A stretch of DNA of 60,988 nt, the filler included, from Nemertoderma westbladi (lineage: Eukaryota; Animalia; Xenacoelomorpha), in the NCBI GenBank assembly GCA_032718475.1. It is 4 parts of 4 records of this genome, joined end to end, with 100 filler letters (N's around TTAATTAATTAA, not from the genome) between each part and the next. Parts side by side here need not be neighbours in the genome. Positions count along the whole stretch, not along the records: positions 1 to 27,194 come from JAUCBJ010002768.1; 3 more parts are not named here. One strand, given 5' to 3'. The stretch's first letter is position 1, and each line of letters begins with the position of its first letter. The notes beneath the pieces were generated by a model, which did no database searches, had not been told where the DNA came from, and saw only the letters and a program-made list of their open reading frames with translations. This document shows, in pieces, positions 13,220 through 26,428 of the stretch. Both the position numbers and the translations under genes were made by a program.

Positions 13220-13530
13220 GGTAAAATCGGTTTCAGTACACCCATTTGGCAATTTTTTTACAAACGAGAGGAAAGGAGCAGGTTACAGAGGAGGGATTTT
13301 CTAACCAAAACAATAAACGGCCACTTTACCCATTGAGGAAAAGGAGCAGGTTACAGAAGCGGGCTTTTCTAACCAAAACAATAAACGATCACCTCCAAGC
13401 ACGGTGGGTGTACTGAAAACGATTTGAGCTGATTACTCTTAAAAATACAACTGTAACCTGTTCTATTGTGTTTAATTTATTGTTTTGGTTAAAATAACGT
13501 GCCACTGTAACCTGCTCCTTTCCCTAAATT
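13220..13530. mobile_element. Dispersed foldback/MITE-like repeat (AAAGGAGCAGGTTACAG...AACCAAAACAATAAA family)
   Basis: Two direct copies (13272, 13340) and an inverted copy (13475-13525). The same motif occurs at 18884-19086 and 57210-57265. Confidence 0.6.
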
Positions 13531-14315
13531 GATAATTTAACATTGAGGCGGGATATGCGTCCAGTTTTCCCCTGTCTCGAAAAAGCAATTCAACGTATTG
13601 CAGAATAAAAGTATTAAATACGAAGGAAAGCAAATTTATAGAACTTTAGTTACAAATATTAGTAAACAATGCATTACGTATGCGGTGCGGTACAATAATA
13701 ACATACTAAATGTGGCAGGTTAAGTGGAATATAAATGGCGGGAAGATTGCCGTCTATAGTAACTAAAAGTGAGAGACCCGCGGTGTGTCAATGCGATGCG
13801 AGCGAACAAAATCTACGTGTCATAAACAGCCGAATAAAAGCAACACACTGAAAGTATTAAGTTGAGAAGTGCGGAAAACATAAATGGAAGAAATGTTGAG
13901 TCTCTAACCTTCATAACCCGTAACAACTACGGATGGGTTGGGTAGGTAATACAATTCATTTACGTAAATGGCAAATATAATCTACTGTGCAACCGTGCGA
14001 ACAGCCTATAGTGTATCCGATATTATTAGTAAAAAACTAAAATTGATATTCCATTAAAAAATATTCGTAACTGCAATAAAAAATTAGAAGACGAAATTAA
14101 AGTTATTAATGAAACAATCGATAGCGCCAAATGTTCCAAAGGTGAGGGACTGGGTAGTAGTAATGTCTCACAGAAACCAACACCAAATAATATCAGTTCA
14201 AAAACAAACACCAGAACATCTCAGTTCTAATAAGGAATAAGGATTATCCGAATATAAAATGAAATAATTTATAAACTATTTACAAATCATCAGGGAAAAA
14301 TCATGATAATTTAAA

Positions 14316-15197
14316 TCAATTAAACGTTGATGATGAAGATGGGGTGACAGATAACAATTGGGACGGACTGGGACTTATTGTCAGCTTCCCGGGGCTGGTG
14401 GAGAGTTTACTGGTACTGGAGGAGAGTTTACCGGGACCGGTGGAGAGTTTACCCGCGGGACCGAGGGACAGCAGATGGCCCTCGGTGCGGGGGGGCGCGC
14501 GTTCCTGGGGCGACGTGTACCCGGGCGTCGCCTGGGGGCTGGTTGACTCGCTCTGCGACCCGCTACTCAGGGGACTCACCTTACCCGAGCGCTTAGCCCG
14601 CGGCAGCGGCGAGGCCTTCACTCTGAGTCCCGCTGTCGCTTTACCAGTCAGCATCCCGTTCTGCGTGAACTTGGCTATCTTTTTCTGCTCCATCGTCGCT
14701 ATATCCTTATCGCTGACGCCTAGACGCGCGCACTCTGCGAACAATACATCCGTCTGGAGGATAGGGGCCGTGTGCGGAATCTCACGAAGCGCGTTCACTA
14801 TCTCGTAGAGATCGTTGGCTCTTTCCAGTTGCGCTTTAGTTCCCAACACGGATTTAATCAGCGCCAAAGCGACGCGAAACAAAATGGATCGCTCCTCTAT
14901 AAAGAATCTATCCCATATACGGAGTACCGTCTCCCAGGGCAGGGAGCGGCAGTAGAGACACATGAACCAGTCCAGCATGTACAGCACCGGTTCCACTCTG
15001 TGGGTGCGCAGGTGTTTGTAGGTGGCAGGGAGGATCTGTTTGAGCAGCCCGTGGAGTATCTCCCCATCCAATTGCACTGAGACCAGCCCCTTACTGTAGT
15101 AGCCTTTGAGGTACCGGTCGCATATGCAGACCAGACACCAGAAGGCGTTCTCCGCTGGCATGTGCATCAGTAGTGTCGCGGCTACTGGGGCCTGGCC
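14316..15197 (-). CDS. TBC1D10: TBC1 domain family member 10 (EPI64-type Rab-GAP), coding exon 2 (terminal)
   Basis: Acceptor ttttctcag|GGC. GQAPVAATLLMHMPAENAFWCLVCICDRYLKGYY...WFMCLYCRSLPWETVLRIWD matches the TBC1D10A/B TBC domain. Ser/Pro-rich tail, then stop. Phase 0 matches exon 1. Confidence 0.93.
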   Translation of the reverse strand, partial: GQAPVAATLLMHMPAENAFWCLVCICDRYLKGYYSKGLVSVQLDGEILHGLLKQILPATYKHLRTHRVEPVLYMLDWFMCLYCRSLPWETVLRIWDRFFIEERSILFRVALALIKSVLGTKAQLERANDLYEIVNALREIPHTAPILQTDVLFAECARLGVSDKDIATMEQKKIAKFTQNGMLTGKATAGLRVKASPLPRAKRSGKVSPLSSGSQSESTSPQATPGYTSPQERAPPRTEGHLLSLGPAGKLSTGPGKLSSSTSKLSTSPGKLTISPSPSQLLSVTPSSSSTFN

Positions 15198-15567
15198 CTG
15201 AGAAAATAAAACATTATTAATTAATAGAGTTATACACCATGACCCGTAATATTGTGTCATTTTCTGATGACACGGACACCACCCCCCCCCCCCCCCCCTC
15301 CAATTTTTATACAGATCTTTATCATATTACTTGAAACAATATGCTTCAAGCAATATGATAAAGATCTTTAGGGTCTTTGGGGATCTTTAGGATTTATAGG
15401 CTAGAAATAATGGAATAAGGGGTAACAAGGTGCCCAGAATCGAGTGGCGGGGTGTGTTTTTTGTAAAAACACGTGGAAACGGTCGAACTGGCGGGTTTAA
15501 GAAAGCCCGGGAAGCCAATTTTGAAAATCGGCTGTGATTGGCTGCTACATATTTGACGTCACTACGT

Positions 15568-16207
15568 AATTTTAGATCCATTAAATTACACATTTAATCA
15601 CAATCATTTCACACGTGGCTTATATTAATTGAAAACGGAGAGTCTTGCGCGTCTTTTGACACCACAATTAATTACATTTATGATGACGAACTATGATAAA
15701 TACTGTTGCAATTTTGTAAACTTGGTACTTGGTAAAATTGCCTGAGCCCACACGCAAGCTCTCACCAACTCATCCATAGCCACCTATTGCATTGTAGTAT
15801 CGGAGTATTGCTGTATTGCAGCATAAGTTCATTAAATTGAAATGTGTACCGGTCAGAGGTTCGTAGCGTAAGAGTGGTACAGCGGTAGGTTTACTCAACT
15901 TAATTAACTTAAGCAACAATACAGCAATAGGCCTACTCCGATACTACAATGCAATAGGTGGCTAGTGTGAGGGGTCAGCATACAGGTTGCATAGGGGGTC
16001 AGGCAATCTACAAAGTTTGCAAAATTGCAAACACTATTTTATCAATGTTCGTGATCATGAATTTATTTCATTGTAGTGTTAAAAGACGCGCAAGACTCTC
16101 CACTCTCCGCTTTCAATTGATATAGGCCCTAAGCCACGTGTGAAATGATTGAGATTAAATCATTTCGATTAGATCAATTAAATGTGTATTTGAATGGATC
16201 TAAAATT
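15568..16207. mobile_element. Long foldback (inverted-repeat) MITE in the TBC1D10 intron
   Basis: Arms ~15568-15825 and ~15915-16207 are imperfect reverse complements, e.g. ATCATTTCACACGTGGCTTA / TAAGCCACGTGTGAAATGAT and GAGAGTCTTGCGCGTCTTT / AAAGACGCGCAAGACTCTC. Confidence 0.8.
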
Positions 16208-16636
16208 TTGGCTCTAGCTGCAAGGGGCGTCAAAACGCATTTTTTTTTAAATATTACAATTCAATATAGTCCACCCAAAATGTATCTTACATTTTTTTTC
16301 TACTATATCGCTCTTTGGTGCAGTAAGAATTTCAAATTGTTGACTTCCAAGCCAGTACCCCCCCCCTTAAAAGCAGTTAAGTTAACTAATTGATTCTCCA
16401 AAGGATATCAAGAGATGGAAAAATAACACAAACAGATATTAGCTAAAATACTGTAATAACAAGTACCGGTACGGTACTGTAAAAATATGTACCGGTAGAA
16501 TCCGTTAAATTAAAGTTTTCTAAAGACACAAAATACGAGTTATTTGTACTTTGTTTTTTTGCCTGTCTTCCTTCCTATACTTTTGCGATACAGGCCCTAA
16601 TTCATTAATTTAACCAAATAAATAATAAAAATCAAC

Positions 16637-17179
16637 CTGACAGTAGCCGTCGTCGGCTCGGAACAGAGTGTAAGCCTTGAGAACGCGGAACAAATCCTGT
16701 TGCCCGAAACCCCCCTCCTCCGCAAATATTTCGTGTTCCGGAAACTGACGATGCAAATCCTTCTCGATGATGTTGACCCATCGAGGGTCGCCCTCCTGAG
16801 CGTCCAGTTCTCGGAACAAGTTGGGGAACTTATCGAGTCGTTCCGAGGCCTGACACAGATGCGTCCAGGCCTTCATCCTCATCGACTGCGGGATCCCTTT
16901 CGCGCATCGCTCTAGAACTTTCTTCCGTCGTTTCGCCAACCACTTCTTCCATTCCGTTTGATCCAACATGCCGATCCATTTAACTTCCCGCTCGCGTATT
17001 TTCTCGACCGGCAATCGGTTCGTGTCCGGCGAAGATTTAAATTGTTTTCCGCCTGGGAAGAAGCCGTATCTGTCGGGTTGGGGGAGATCATGAAGGTCTA
17101 GTCCGTTTACCGGCTGTGCTGGGTCAGACGGTTCCATGTCCAGATCCAGTCTGGAAGACCCCGCCACCGGCTCCGACAT
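16637..17179 (-). CDS. TBC1D10: TBC1D10-type Rab-GAP, coding exon 1
   Basis: ATG at 17179. Motifs PDRYGF, REREVKW, KGIPQSMRMKAW, IEKDLHRQFP (Arg finger) and GYCQ (Gln finger). Donor CAG|GTTGAT at 16637/16636. The spliced product is 474 aa. Confidence 0.93.
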
Positions 17180-18835
17180 TGACTGATTCTTCCTCTACCA
17201 GTCTACCAGTCTAGGCCTATAGCATATCCAATATCACAGTTTTATCCTGTTATCAGATTATCAGTAAGCCCACGGTAAGTTGCCTAATCCTGTATTCTGC
17301 CTGTCTGCTACCGGGTAATTGACAAAATATAAATAATAGGCCTCGGCCTGCCTACCTAACCCTCAGACCCTGGCCTACACACTACAGTTGACAGTCTGAG
17401 AGTAATAAATACTGAAATACAGAAATATGTACGGTACGGTCTGACGGTACCGTACCGCGGGGGCGGGGTACAGGGTACGGTCAGCAGGAGTCATATTTCT
17501 GTATTTCTGGTGCCCATTCAGCCATTCGAAGTCGGTTTGGTTGGAATCCTTTCCAGCTTCAGAGCTTTCAAGTTTCACTTTTACTTTGCAGTGCTAGTGG
17601 AAGTGGGATTACATGATTAGGCCTACCGGTACGGGTACCGGTTGTCGGTTTGTTCAGTCAGTCAGTTGTTTATGATATTCTACGATTTCTCATTTTGACT
17701 TTCCTCGTGCTGTCGTGTTGTCTTTTTCTTGTGAAAATCGCAACAGAAAATAATTGGATTGCGTTTTGGTCTACCGGTATGTATGTACCGCTGTACCTTA
17801 AGTCACCCACATCCTGACATCAGCGGCCTAAGGACTGAACTACACAGCAGGTAGCGTTAATCAGCTGTTATTAAAGCAGGAGTGAAAGTGGAAAAGAAAT
17901 CCTGAAATCCCGCAAAGTTTTAACATGGCCGAGTAACTACAGTAGAGTTCTGAATCAGCTATAATTCAATTGTGGTGTGCTACTGCCTCAACTTATACAG
18001 TTACAGTTCATAAGTCCATTATTTTGATTGCCAATCTCCCGTCCTTCCATGCATCATCAACCAATCAAAGGATCAAAGCAAAGAACCAAAGGGAAGAAAC
18101 CTTGAAATCCCAATGTTATGCAGCAACAACGCAAAGCATTCCCTCTGGGAATATTGTAGCAAACTAGCAAACATAAACATATTCCACGCAATGAACTTAC
18201 TTTCTGTAAGGAGGTGGACCGCGACCGGTACTAGAACTAAAAGGCCATGTAGCCGTGTGAGAGTGGAGGAATAATATACAAAAACAGCCAATACGCAATA
18301 CGCTATTTAAAAAGAGAAATTATACAAAAATAATATGGGGAGAGTTCTAAAAATCATCACTAGGGATGTTTGAGAGGAGAGTGAAAAGATTCTCTCATTT
18401 CGTTATTTATTCTTCGTTAAAGCCGAAACTTGGCAGATATGTACTAGTAAACCATCCGTCCGTAGCGTATATCTCCAGTCTACCGCTTGTTGGCGAGATG
18501 TCTGAAATTATTATAATACTTTCGACCTTGGTATTTATACCTGGCACTTTCTTTTCTACTCCACAGTTTCTGTGAGGGCTTACACCACATATACAAAAGA
18601 AAATGCAATAATAACAGAATTGTTCCACTGATAGAGCAAACGTACGACCGTACGCGTACATTTTTGTACAGATAGTATGGGAAGTGTTTAAGGTTAAGGA
18701 CAAATCAACCAATCATAACCAAGTTTAAGAACGTGCTAAGCTAGTGTTGTATCAGGAGCAGCGCATAAACGATTTACTCAAATACGATTGATCCAAATAA
18801 TATAGCTATACGGACTTTAGTATCACCCACTCACT

Positions 18836-19161
18836 GGGTGAGCACAAAACGAAGACCAAAGACCTAAAGACTAAAGACCAATGTTTATTGTTTTGGTTCC
18901 CCCAACACGCCTCTGTAACCTGCTCCTTTACTAACCTGCTCCTTTAAATGGCAATGGGAGCTAACTCGACTTAACCCCTTTGATTTGTACAGGTCCAAAA
19001 GAACGTTAGGTCCCATTACCATTTAAATGAGCAGGTTAGTAAAGGAGCAGGTTACAGAGGCGTGTTGGTGGAACCAAAACAATAAGCGAAAGTCAACAAA
19101 TGTTACAATATTATGCAGGTTACTTAATTGGGTATTTGGTCTTTGTTTCGTACTCACAACC
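18836..19161. mobile_element. Palindromic MITE (same family motif as 13220-13530)
   Basis: 18884-18965 is the near-perfect reverse complement of 19005-19086. Outer imperfect TIRs GTGAGCACAAAACGAAGACC / GGTCTTTGTTTCGTACTCAC. Confidence 0.75.
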
Positions 19162-19302
19162 AATCACCATTTAGTATTAAAACGGATTCACTGGCTAACG
19201 TAAGGGTCAAAACTACATGGCACAGGTAAACACATTGGAAATTCAACGTTTCGTGAAAATTATAATACATTTTAGGATATTATTTTTGTTCCACTTACAG
19301 TA

Positions 19303-19442
19303 GGCCCTCCTCACACTGAGCAACTTTTGTTTCTGCAATTTGCTTATGAAACAAAAGTTGCTCCGTGTGAGAGGGTCAGCAATAAGTTGCCGGACACACT
19401 CAGAAACATTGCGCAACAAAAGTTTCTGTGTGTGAGGAGTCC
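19303..19442. mobile_element. Small inverted-repeat MITE (PIF/Harbinger-like ends)
   Basis: GGCCCTCCTCACACTGAGCAACTTTTGTTT pairs with AAACAAAAGTTGCTCCGTGTGAGAGGG and with a second GTGTGAGGAGTCC. Confidence 0.45.
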
Positions 19443-19719
19443 AGCATCGAGTTGCCGTAACATTTTTAAATATTCCCAGCAACATTTTTATAATGTATAT
19501 TTATTTATTACTTATAAAAAAGTATAACTTTTTCACTATTCTCGAGGCATTGTATTCTTTCCCGAGCGACAGTTCAAATTATAAAACTTACCCAGATATG
19601 GGGGGGGGGGGGGGGGTGGATTCATTCATCTACAGAGGAAAATCGACTTAAATAACAGCGGATTACTCGCAGAAATAAAACTGCCACCTGTTCTATTGAC
19701 TCTCGTTTATTGGTAGGCC

Positions 19720-20390
19720 AATGTTTAGAATAACCTGCTACAGCTACTAGAATCTGATATCACAAAAATCATCGTTACATGCGTAACATATTTCAACAGC
19801 CACGATCTAAATCTCAGTTTAAAGAAGACCCACTATGTCGTATGTTCTGGCCCCCCTTGTAGATATGAAAGTATACGAATAGGTGATGCAATGATTAAAC
19901 GAGAAGAAAAGTGTATGTATTTAGGTCTCCCTCTACCGGCTACAAAAGGAAATCTAAAGGAAATATTTATGAAGAAATGTTGGATGAGTGTGAAGAGAAA
20001 GAAGACGCGTGGTCTTACACTTCACGACATACCATTAAATGTGGCAGCCCACATTTACAACACTGTCTGCGTACCTTCAATACTGTACGGGTCATTTATT
20101 AATTGAAAACAGATGTTAGAGATATAAATGTCGTCTTCATGAAAACTATGAGATCAATATCTGGGGAAGGGGAATTACATATCAAACACGGTCTTGTATA
20201 AATTAATAGGGTGCAATGAACTAGAACAAATGATAACACACAATAAATGTCGCATCCTGTACAATGCTTTCAATTGCAGCAATATGAAAATCATACACCT
20301 CTACTGTATACCACTCTCCTTGGACAGCACCTAACTGGGATTTGTGATGATAATCTAATGAGAGACTACACTACCGGTGGTTGGAAAGAA
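19720..20390 (+). pseudogene. Degenerate non-LTR retrotransposon RT C-terminal fragment
   Basis: Broken frames give YFNSHDLNLSLKKT, KCMYLGLP and IYNTVCVPSILYG, which resemble the post-RT motifs of LINE ORF2. Confidence 0.6.
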
Positions 20391-22117
20391 GACTTACCTT
20401 CATTAAGCCCCGTTCACATCCAACGGTGCGTGAGCGGTAAAGTAGTCTGGCGGTAGGCTACTGAAGCGGTAAGCCAGCGGTACACTACCCGGACCCGGAG
20501 CCCGTTCACTCCCAACGGTACTGTACCAACTGATTGTCTATCTGTCGACTGTGAATTCAAAAGGAAATTACATAAATTGTTTTAACATTGTTTAAATGGG
20601 CTGCGGTAAACCGCGCGGTTTAGCGCACAACTACCTGTTGGGTCGTTCACAGTCAGCGGTGTTACAGTATTAGTGTATTATTAGTATATATAACGAATTT
20701 ATGCAATGTGTGATTTTATAACCATTTATACTGTATAACCAGTCTGACCATTTTAATTATAGCCACCGGGGCGTGAAGCCGGATCGAATAATAACTGTAG
20801 CCAGATCTTTTCTCTTAATTGATGATTAAACATTGTGGCGATATATTAATTCACCAAGATGGTATTTTACTTCACCGTTTACTTTACCGTCACAAGTTAG
20901 CGTAAGGAAGGGACCAGATTGGAAGGCAAGTTTTAAGTTGTTCTAGAACATTAATTGTATTTTTAATAAATAGCTAAATATATTCTTAAACATATTCTAT
21001 ACTGCCGGTAGACGTAAGACTAACATACACTATCTACAGTAGTTTAAAATATGACCAGGTTGCACGCAGGTCTCGCAGGTAATAGTAGTAATAAAGTGGG
21101 TTAGTTAAAAAGTAGGTACCCATAACATAGTAGTGCCTAATGGCGAAATGGCACTACAGTTCTGTAACTATATATATTACATTGATAATTTTAAAAGTTA
21201 TACAAACGTTATAGACGAGTCAATCTAGCCGAAAAAGGGGGTCAACCCATAAAAAATTCGCAATTCATCCAAACCAACTTTTTTTTATTCTACATTACCT
21301 TGTTAATACCCCCAAAAAAGTCTATAAAAATATATTATGCGGATCACCTTCAATTTCCTGTTTCTTTCCTTAGCAACATGGATTTTACATAGCAACAAGG
21401 GGTCTATTGGTGGGATTTTCTCCAAATTTGGTACAGACAAACTTTACTCTAATGACTGTCGATTGACTGAAGTATGCACTTCTATATAATTACCAATTTA
21501 GTTTCCAGAGCAACGGAAATTTGTCTAATAATTTAACCATATTTAATACCAATTTTGCTGGTACAATATAAGGACCTTATTTACACAACTTCTCTACAAA
21601 ACGGGTGGATATAACCCCGCCCATCGGAATTATCGACTTCAAAAACCCTTATCCCCAAAAAATTTATTCGTTATATGATAAACTATTGTGGTTTTGAAAC
21701 TAAAACAAATAAATAAATTACACCTAAAATCAATAGAGCAATCACAATTAAATTATGTGAAAAATCTTCACTAATATTAATGGAAATTAAGAAATTTCCT
21801 TGCAGTGGAATTGTATAACTTTTTTTACAACGGTTACCTTAATATATCGTGAAGTTTTTCATATAGGCCCTATTTAAAAATTGGATGCGACTTCTAGTTT
21901 CCGAGATATAGCAATTAATGTGTAACACGCCAATGTAAATATTACTAATATCCCATTGAATAACAGCTTATTGTGAAATTAATTAAATTATTCTGGAACA
22001 TCACCAATTTGCTACTTACTTTTCCCTACTGTTCCTTTTGTTCGGCTTGTCTTATGCAAATTTACGGAGAATTTCCATGAATATGATCCGCAAAATAAAA
22101 TTTTATAGACTTAAATG

Positions 22118-22246
22118 TTGTGGTGTGGTATGCATGTTATGTGGTGTGGTATGCATGTTATGTGGTGTGGTATGCATGTTATGTGGTGTGGTATGTATGT
22201 TATGTGGTGTGGTATGCATGTTATGTGGTGTGGTGTGGTGTGGTGT
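22118..22246 (+). repeat. 21-bp minisatellite TGTGGTGTGGTATGCATGTTA grading into (TGTGG)n
   Basis: Directly visible, about 5 units. Confidence 0.95.
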
Positions 22247-22367
22247 ACTGTAATATATTTCATATGTCTATGGAGGATGTGTATGTTATGAACAAGCGTA
22301 TGGGGCAAGTGAGGATACGAGTGCTGTGTGGGGTAAGAATGGTATGCTATCTGCTTTACATGCTTAC

Positions 22368-22745
22368 TACTACTACTAGTATCGGCATGCTGCATTGCAG
22401 CTGCATTTTTAAGAATGCTGTGCCGGCTTGTCGACAAAATTGCGCCGCCACAACTCCCTATCACCCATGACATTTGCTAGATCATCCGCATCTTCAAGAC
22501 CAGTGTCCTTTAAGATGCGTCTCAAGAAAGTCATTGGCTGCCCACCATGCTTATTCACTCCATGAGGCTGCCAAATTATGCCAGATTATGCACTGGCTGG
22601 TCCTCACGGCGAAAGCAATATCCTGCAAAGCGGAGGCGATTTCCTTCTAGTGTCAAGCTTGGGGGAACCAATGAGACACCTCCAATGTTATATAGTGTCT
22701 GGTTGGAGATGTGTGCATTGTACTTGACACAATGAACCCGGCGTA
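22368..22745 (-). mobile_element. 5'-truncated RTE-clade LINE copy
   Basis: Homologous to 46144-46521. (TAG)n tail. TSD ACATGCTTAC at 22358-22367 and 22746-22755. Confidence 0.9.
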
Positions 22746-22923
22746 ACATGCTTACGATATCTATCCGGTACTCCGCTTCCTTATTGTATTTACCTACAGT
22801 GCTTTTGTTGTCGCAATTGTCAACGGTGGCTGGTGTAATGGGACTACCCGACTAGCCACCGACTACTTGATTAACTATTTAAATTAATCGCGTCAATTTA
22901 TTAATTTGTAGTGAATTGTTTGA

Positions 22924-22938
22924 TAATAATACTAATAC

Positions 22939-22976
<38 letters not shown>
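22924..22976. repeat. (AAT)n microsatellite
   Basis: Directly visible. Confidence 0.95.
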
Positions 22977-23006
22977 TGTATTTATTGACTATTAGTAGAT
23001 TATATA

Positions 23007-24680
23007 CATTAAATTAACGGCAATACTATGGTACCTACTGTATGTATAAACAAAAATTGAAAATTTTAATATTACATTTTCCGCATTTTTGTTTTATTTA
23101 TTGTTCCAGAACATGTTAGCTATTCATTTTTAAAAAATTATGTTCCAGAACAAATATTTTTTGTTCTAGAACATTTTTTTGAAAAATTTGGATTATATTT
23201 AAAGCGCATATGGAATAGTTCTAAAACGTGTTTAAAATGATCGTATAAGCAAAAATTTTAAATTTAAATATGACATTTATATGTAGTATATTTTCTGGTC
23301 TGGTAGTACAGTAATTTACCGGTACTAGTTACCGGTAGGCCTACATTAACTAATTAACCTTCTATTCTAAAATTTAAAATTTTAATATGACATTTTCTGT
23401 ATAATTTCTGGACTCATCTTTTGATTTTTGTTATTGGTACCGGTAAGTGTTCTAGAACATTAGTAGATATTGGTACCTTAGATGGTACCGGTAAGTGTTC
23501 TAGAACATTAGTAGATATTGGTACCTTAGATGGTACCGGTAAGTGTTCTATAACATTAGTAGATATTGGTACCTTAGATGGTACCGGCAAGTGTTCTAGA
23601 ACATTAGTAGATATTGGTACCTTAGATGGTACCGGTAAGTGTTCTAGAACATTAGTAGATATTGGTACCTTAGATGGTACCGGTAAGTGTTCTAGAACAT
23701 TAGTAGATATTGGTACATTAGATGGTACCGGTAAGTGTTCTATAACATTAGTAGATATTGGTACCTTAGATGGTACCGGTAAGTGTTCTATAACATTAGT
23801 AGATATTGGTACCTTAGATGGTACCGGTAAGTGTTCTATAACATTAGTAGATATTGGTACCTTAGATGGTACCGGTAAGTGTTCTATAACATTAGTAGAT
23901 ATTGGTACCTTAGATGGTACCGGTAAGTGTTCTATAACATTAGTAGATATTGGTACCTTAGATGGTACCGGTAAGTGTTCTATAACATTAGTAGATATTG
24001 GTACCTTAGATGGTACCGGTAAGTGTTCTATAACATTAGTAGATATTGGTACCGGTACCTTAGATGGTACCGGTAAGTGTTCTATAACATTAGTAGATAT
24101 TGGTACCTTAGATGGTACCGGTAAGTGTTCTATAACATTAGTAGATATTGGTACCTTAGATGGTACCGGTAAGTGTTCTATAACATTAGTAGATATGTTT
24201 TTTATGGTAGCTAGTGTTTTTTTTACTAGCTAGTAATTTTTGAAATTATATAAAAAAGAGAAAACATTTATACTTCAGGTTTAAACTGTTGCAGAATATA
24301 TTAATGACCAAAATATTGATGATATTATAACAGTTTACAGTGTATATACACTTTTTTGAATTTTGTTTACAATTTCAAAAAATATTAGCGAGTAAAAAAA
24401 CACTAGTTACCATAAAAAAAAGATGTAATAAGGTTCTAGAACATTCACCAATATCAAAAAAACACTAAAACAATATTACAATTGTTATATGAATGTTTCA
24501 ATGTTTCAAAACTACTAGCTAGTAAAAAAAAACACTAGCTACCAATAAAAAAATATCTACTAAGGTTCTAGAACACATACCAATAACAAAAATCAAAATA
24601 TGAGTCCAGAAAACATACAGAAAATGTCATATTAAAAATTAAAATTTTTGTTCATACATACCATAGTAATGCCAAATTAA
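23007..24680. mobile_element. Foldback DNA element containing the 48-bp array
   Basis: Ends GGCAATACTATGGTA...AACAAAAATT / AATTTTTGTT...TACCATAGTAATGCC. Internal arms 23380-23440 plus 24185-24245 are inverted copies of 24505-24635. Confidence 0.75.
23436..24195 (+). repeat. 48-bp minisatellite (GGTACCGGTAAGTGTTCTA(G/T)AACATTAGTAGATATTGGTACCTTAGAT), ~16 copies
   Basis: Directly visible. It produces the repetitive 270-aa ORF (TGKCSITLVDIGTLDG)n. Confidence 0.97.
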
Positions 24681-24848
24681 CACCTAAAAATAAATTACAG
24701 ATTTTTAGGTTAGGAATAGATACGTAAGAAAATATGCTAAGAAATTTAGTTTACACAATAAAAATACAGAAAAAAACAAAATACAGTAGTGTATGATATA
24801 AAATATAATAAAGTAGCGACGTTGAACGGTGGGGGATTAGATTTAATT

Positions 24849-25670
24849 ATGAGGTTGTCATGGTACCAACAGCTGTGGACTCTAATGTGGAGAAACTATT
24901 GGATGCACAAACGCCATCCCATCGCCACACTTCTCTATGTACTCACGCCTTTAGCGGTCACTATTTTCCTTACTTATACGATAAACAAACAAAACGAAAG
25001 CAGTTCAGCAACAGATGTGAAAAGTTCTGGGATTTTCAACGTAACAGACGCCACTCTGATATCCGACTTAAAAGCGACAGGTCAATATGGCCCAAATATT
25101 GGTGTTTCCTTTTCTCCCAATACGTCTGTTTATACTAGAATTATGGATATATTTTCAGAAACTATAACTAATCTACACCTCAACGAAAGCGTATTTCATT
25201 TGAATTGTACATGCTTTGGTTTTGCAAACGAGAAAGAGCTAATGTATGATTTATACAGGACAGAACCCAATGCAATACGCAAGTCATTAATAGGTGTTTT
25301 ATTCACCGAAAATAAGAGAAAACCAGCACTATTTAACTACACTATATTACACAAAGGTGGGGCCCAATTTCTAACCAATGAAACCTGGAGTGACTTCCGT
25401 GGGACACTTCCACCTGACTACTTGGGATCGGGGACAGGCTATCTCCTCTCCTTTGAATATTTACTTAACTTAGCCATTATAGAGAGTATCCATGGCAATA
25501 CTGATAAACATAAGTCGTTCTCTGTAGAAATCAAGCACCTGCCCCCGGATGTAGATGAAGAAAGGGCGAGCTCTATTATAGATCTCTGCGTTATCGTAGT
25601 TTATATGGTTGCTGTCGCATTTCCGTGCGGTTACGTAGCGCAGAATGTGTCGCAAGATAATAAGTTAAAG
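24849..25670 (+). CDS. ABC transporter subfamily A, first coding exon (TM1, extracellular domain, TM2)
   Basis: MRLSWYQQLWTLMWRNYWMHKRHPIATLLYVLTPL fits the ABCA N-terminal QLxxLxWKN..RR motif. SFSPNT, GFANEKEL and IGVLF are ECD1-like. Ends VSQDNKLK (cf. IVxEKExRLK) at the phase-0 donor AAG|GTTAGT. Confidence 0.8.
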
Positions 25671-26428
25671 GTTAGTAACACCAAAGTATTTTATATTACT
25701 CTAAAGGTAAATAAAGAGGAAACATTGCTTAGAGAGCATCGATGTTTAAATCCAGAGGGAGAGCTCAAATGGAGAATTTGCGCCATAGGAGTGCATTGGC
25801 CGACAGCGTTGGCCTCGTGGTATTGTTCTAGAATATTCGGGTATTACTAGAGTTATTATTAGCACATGATGCTGATGGTAAATATTAAATGGCTTAATAC
25901 CTTGAAACCTTAATACCTTTGCTACCTTGAAAGGTTAAGGCACGATTTGTTTGTAATAATACATGTATAATGTATGTTGTTCTAAATACTCTTGTTGTGC
26001 CTGTCGATTCGTATAATTCGACATGCGTACAGACCCCCAAATTTAAAAAAACTATCACGATCACAAATGCGTTGGTTTATTTAATTTGCGATAAACTCAT
26101 GCTGTCAATAATTGTGATAATATTCATAAGTATTAGGGCTACTTGACGTTTTACGTTTAACACACATTGTATCTCAAAAGAAAACTAAAAAATTTCCAAA
26201 TCTTTCTAGAACGCAAAACTTGATAGCAAATTTAGCAAATTTAGCTTGATAGCAGATTAGAGCAAATTACAAAAATAATTTTTGAGAAGATAGGATTACC
26301 CTCGTTTATTTTTTATAAAAAATCTCGCTTCGCTTGTGCGATAAACCATTCGGATTAGAAGGATAAAAAGTGCTACTTTTTACAAAAGTAAGTTGATAAG
26401 CTATCTTTCTAAAAATTATGATATACAG

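Noticed and set aside
14344-15080. Plus-strand ORFs of 62-154 aa
   Set aside because: Antisense shadows of the GC-rich TBC1D10 exon 2.
23421-24233. 270-aa repetitive ORF (TGKCSITLVDIGTLDG)n
   Set aside because: A by-product of a 48-bp minisatellite in a foldback arm. It has a TTG start and no domain or splice support.
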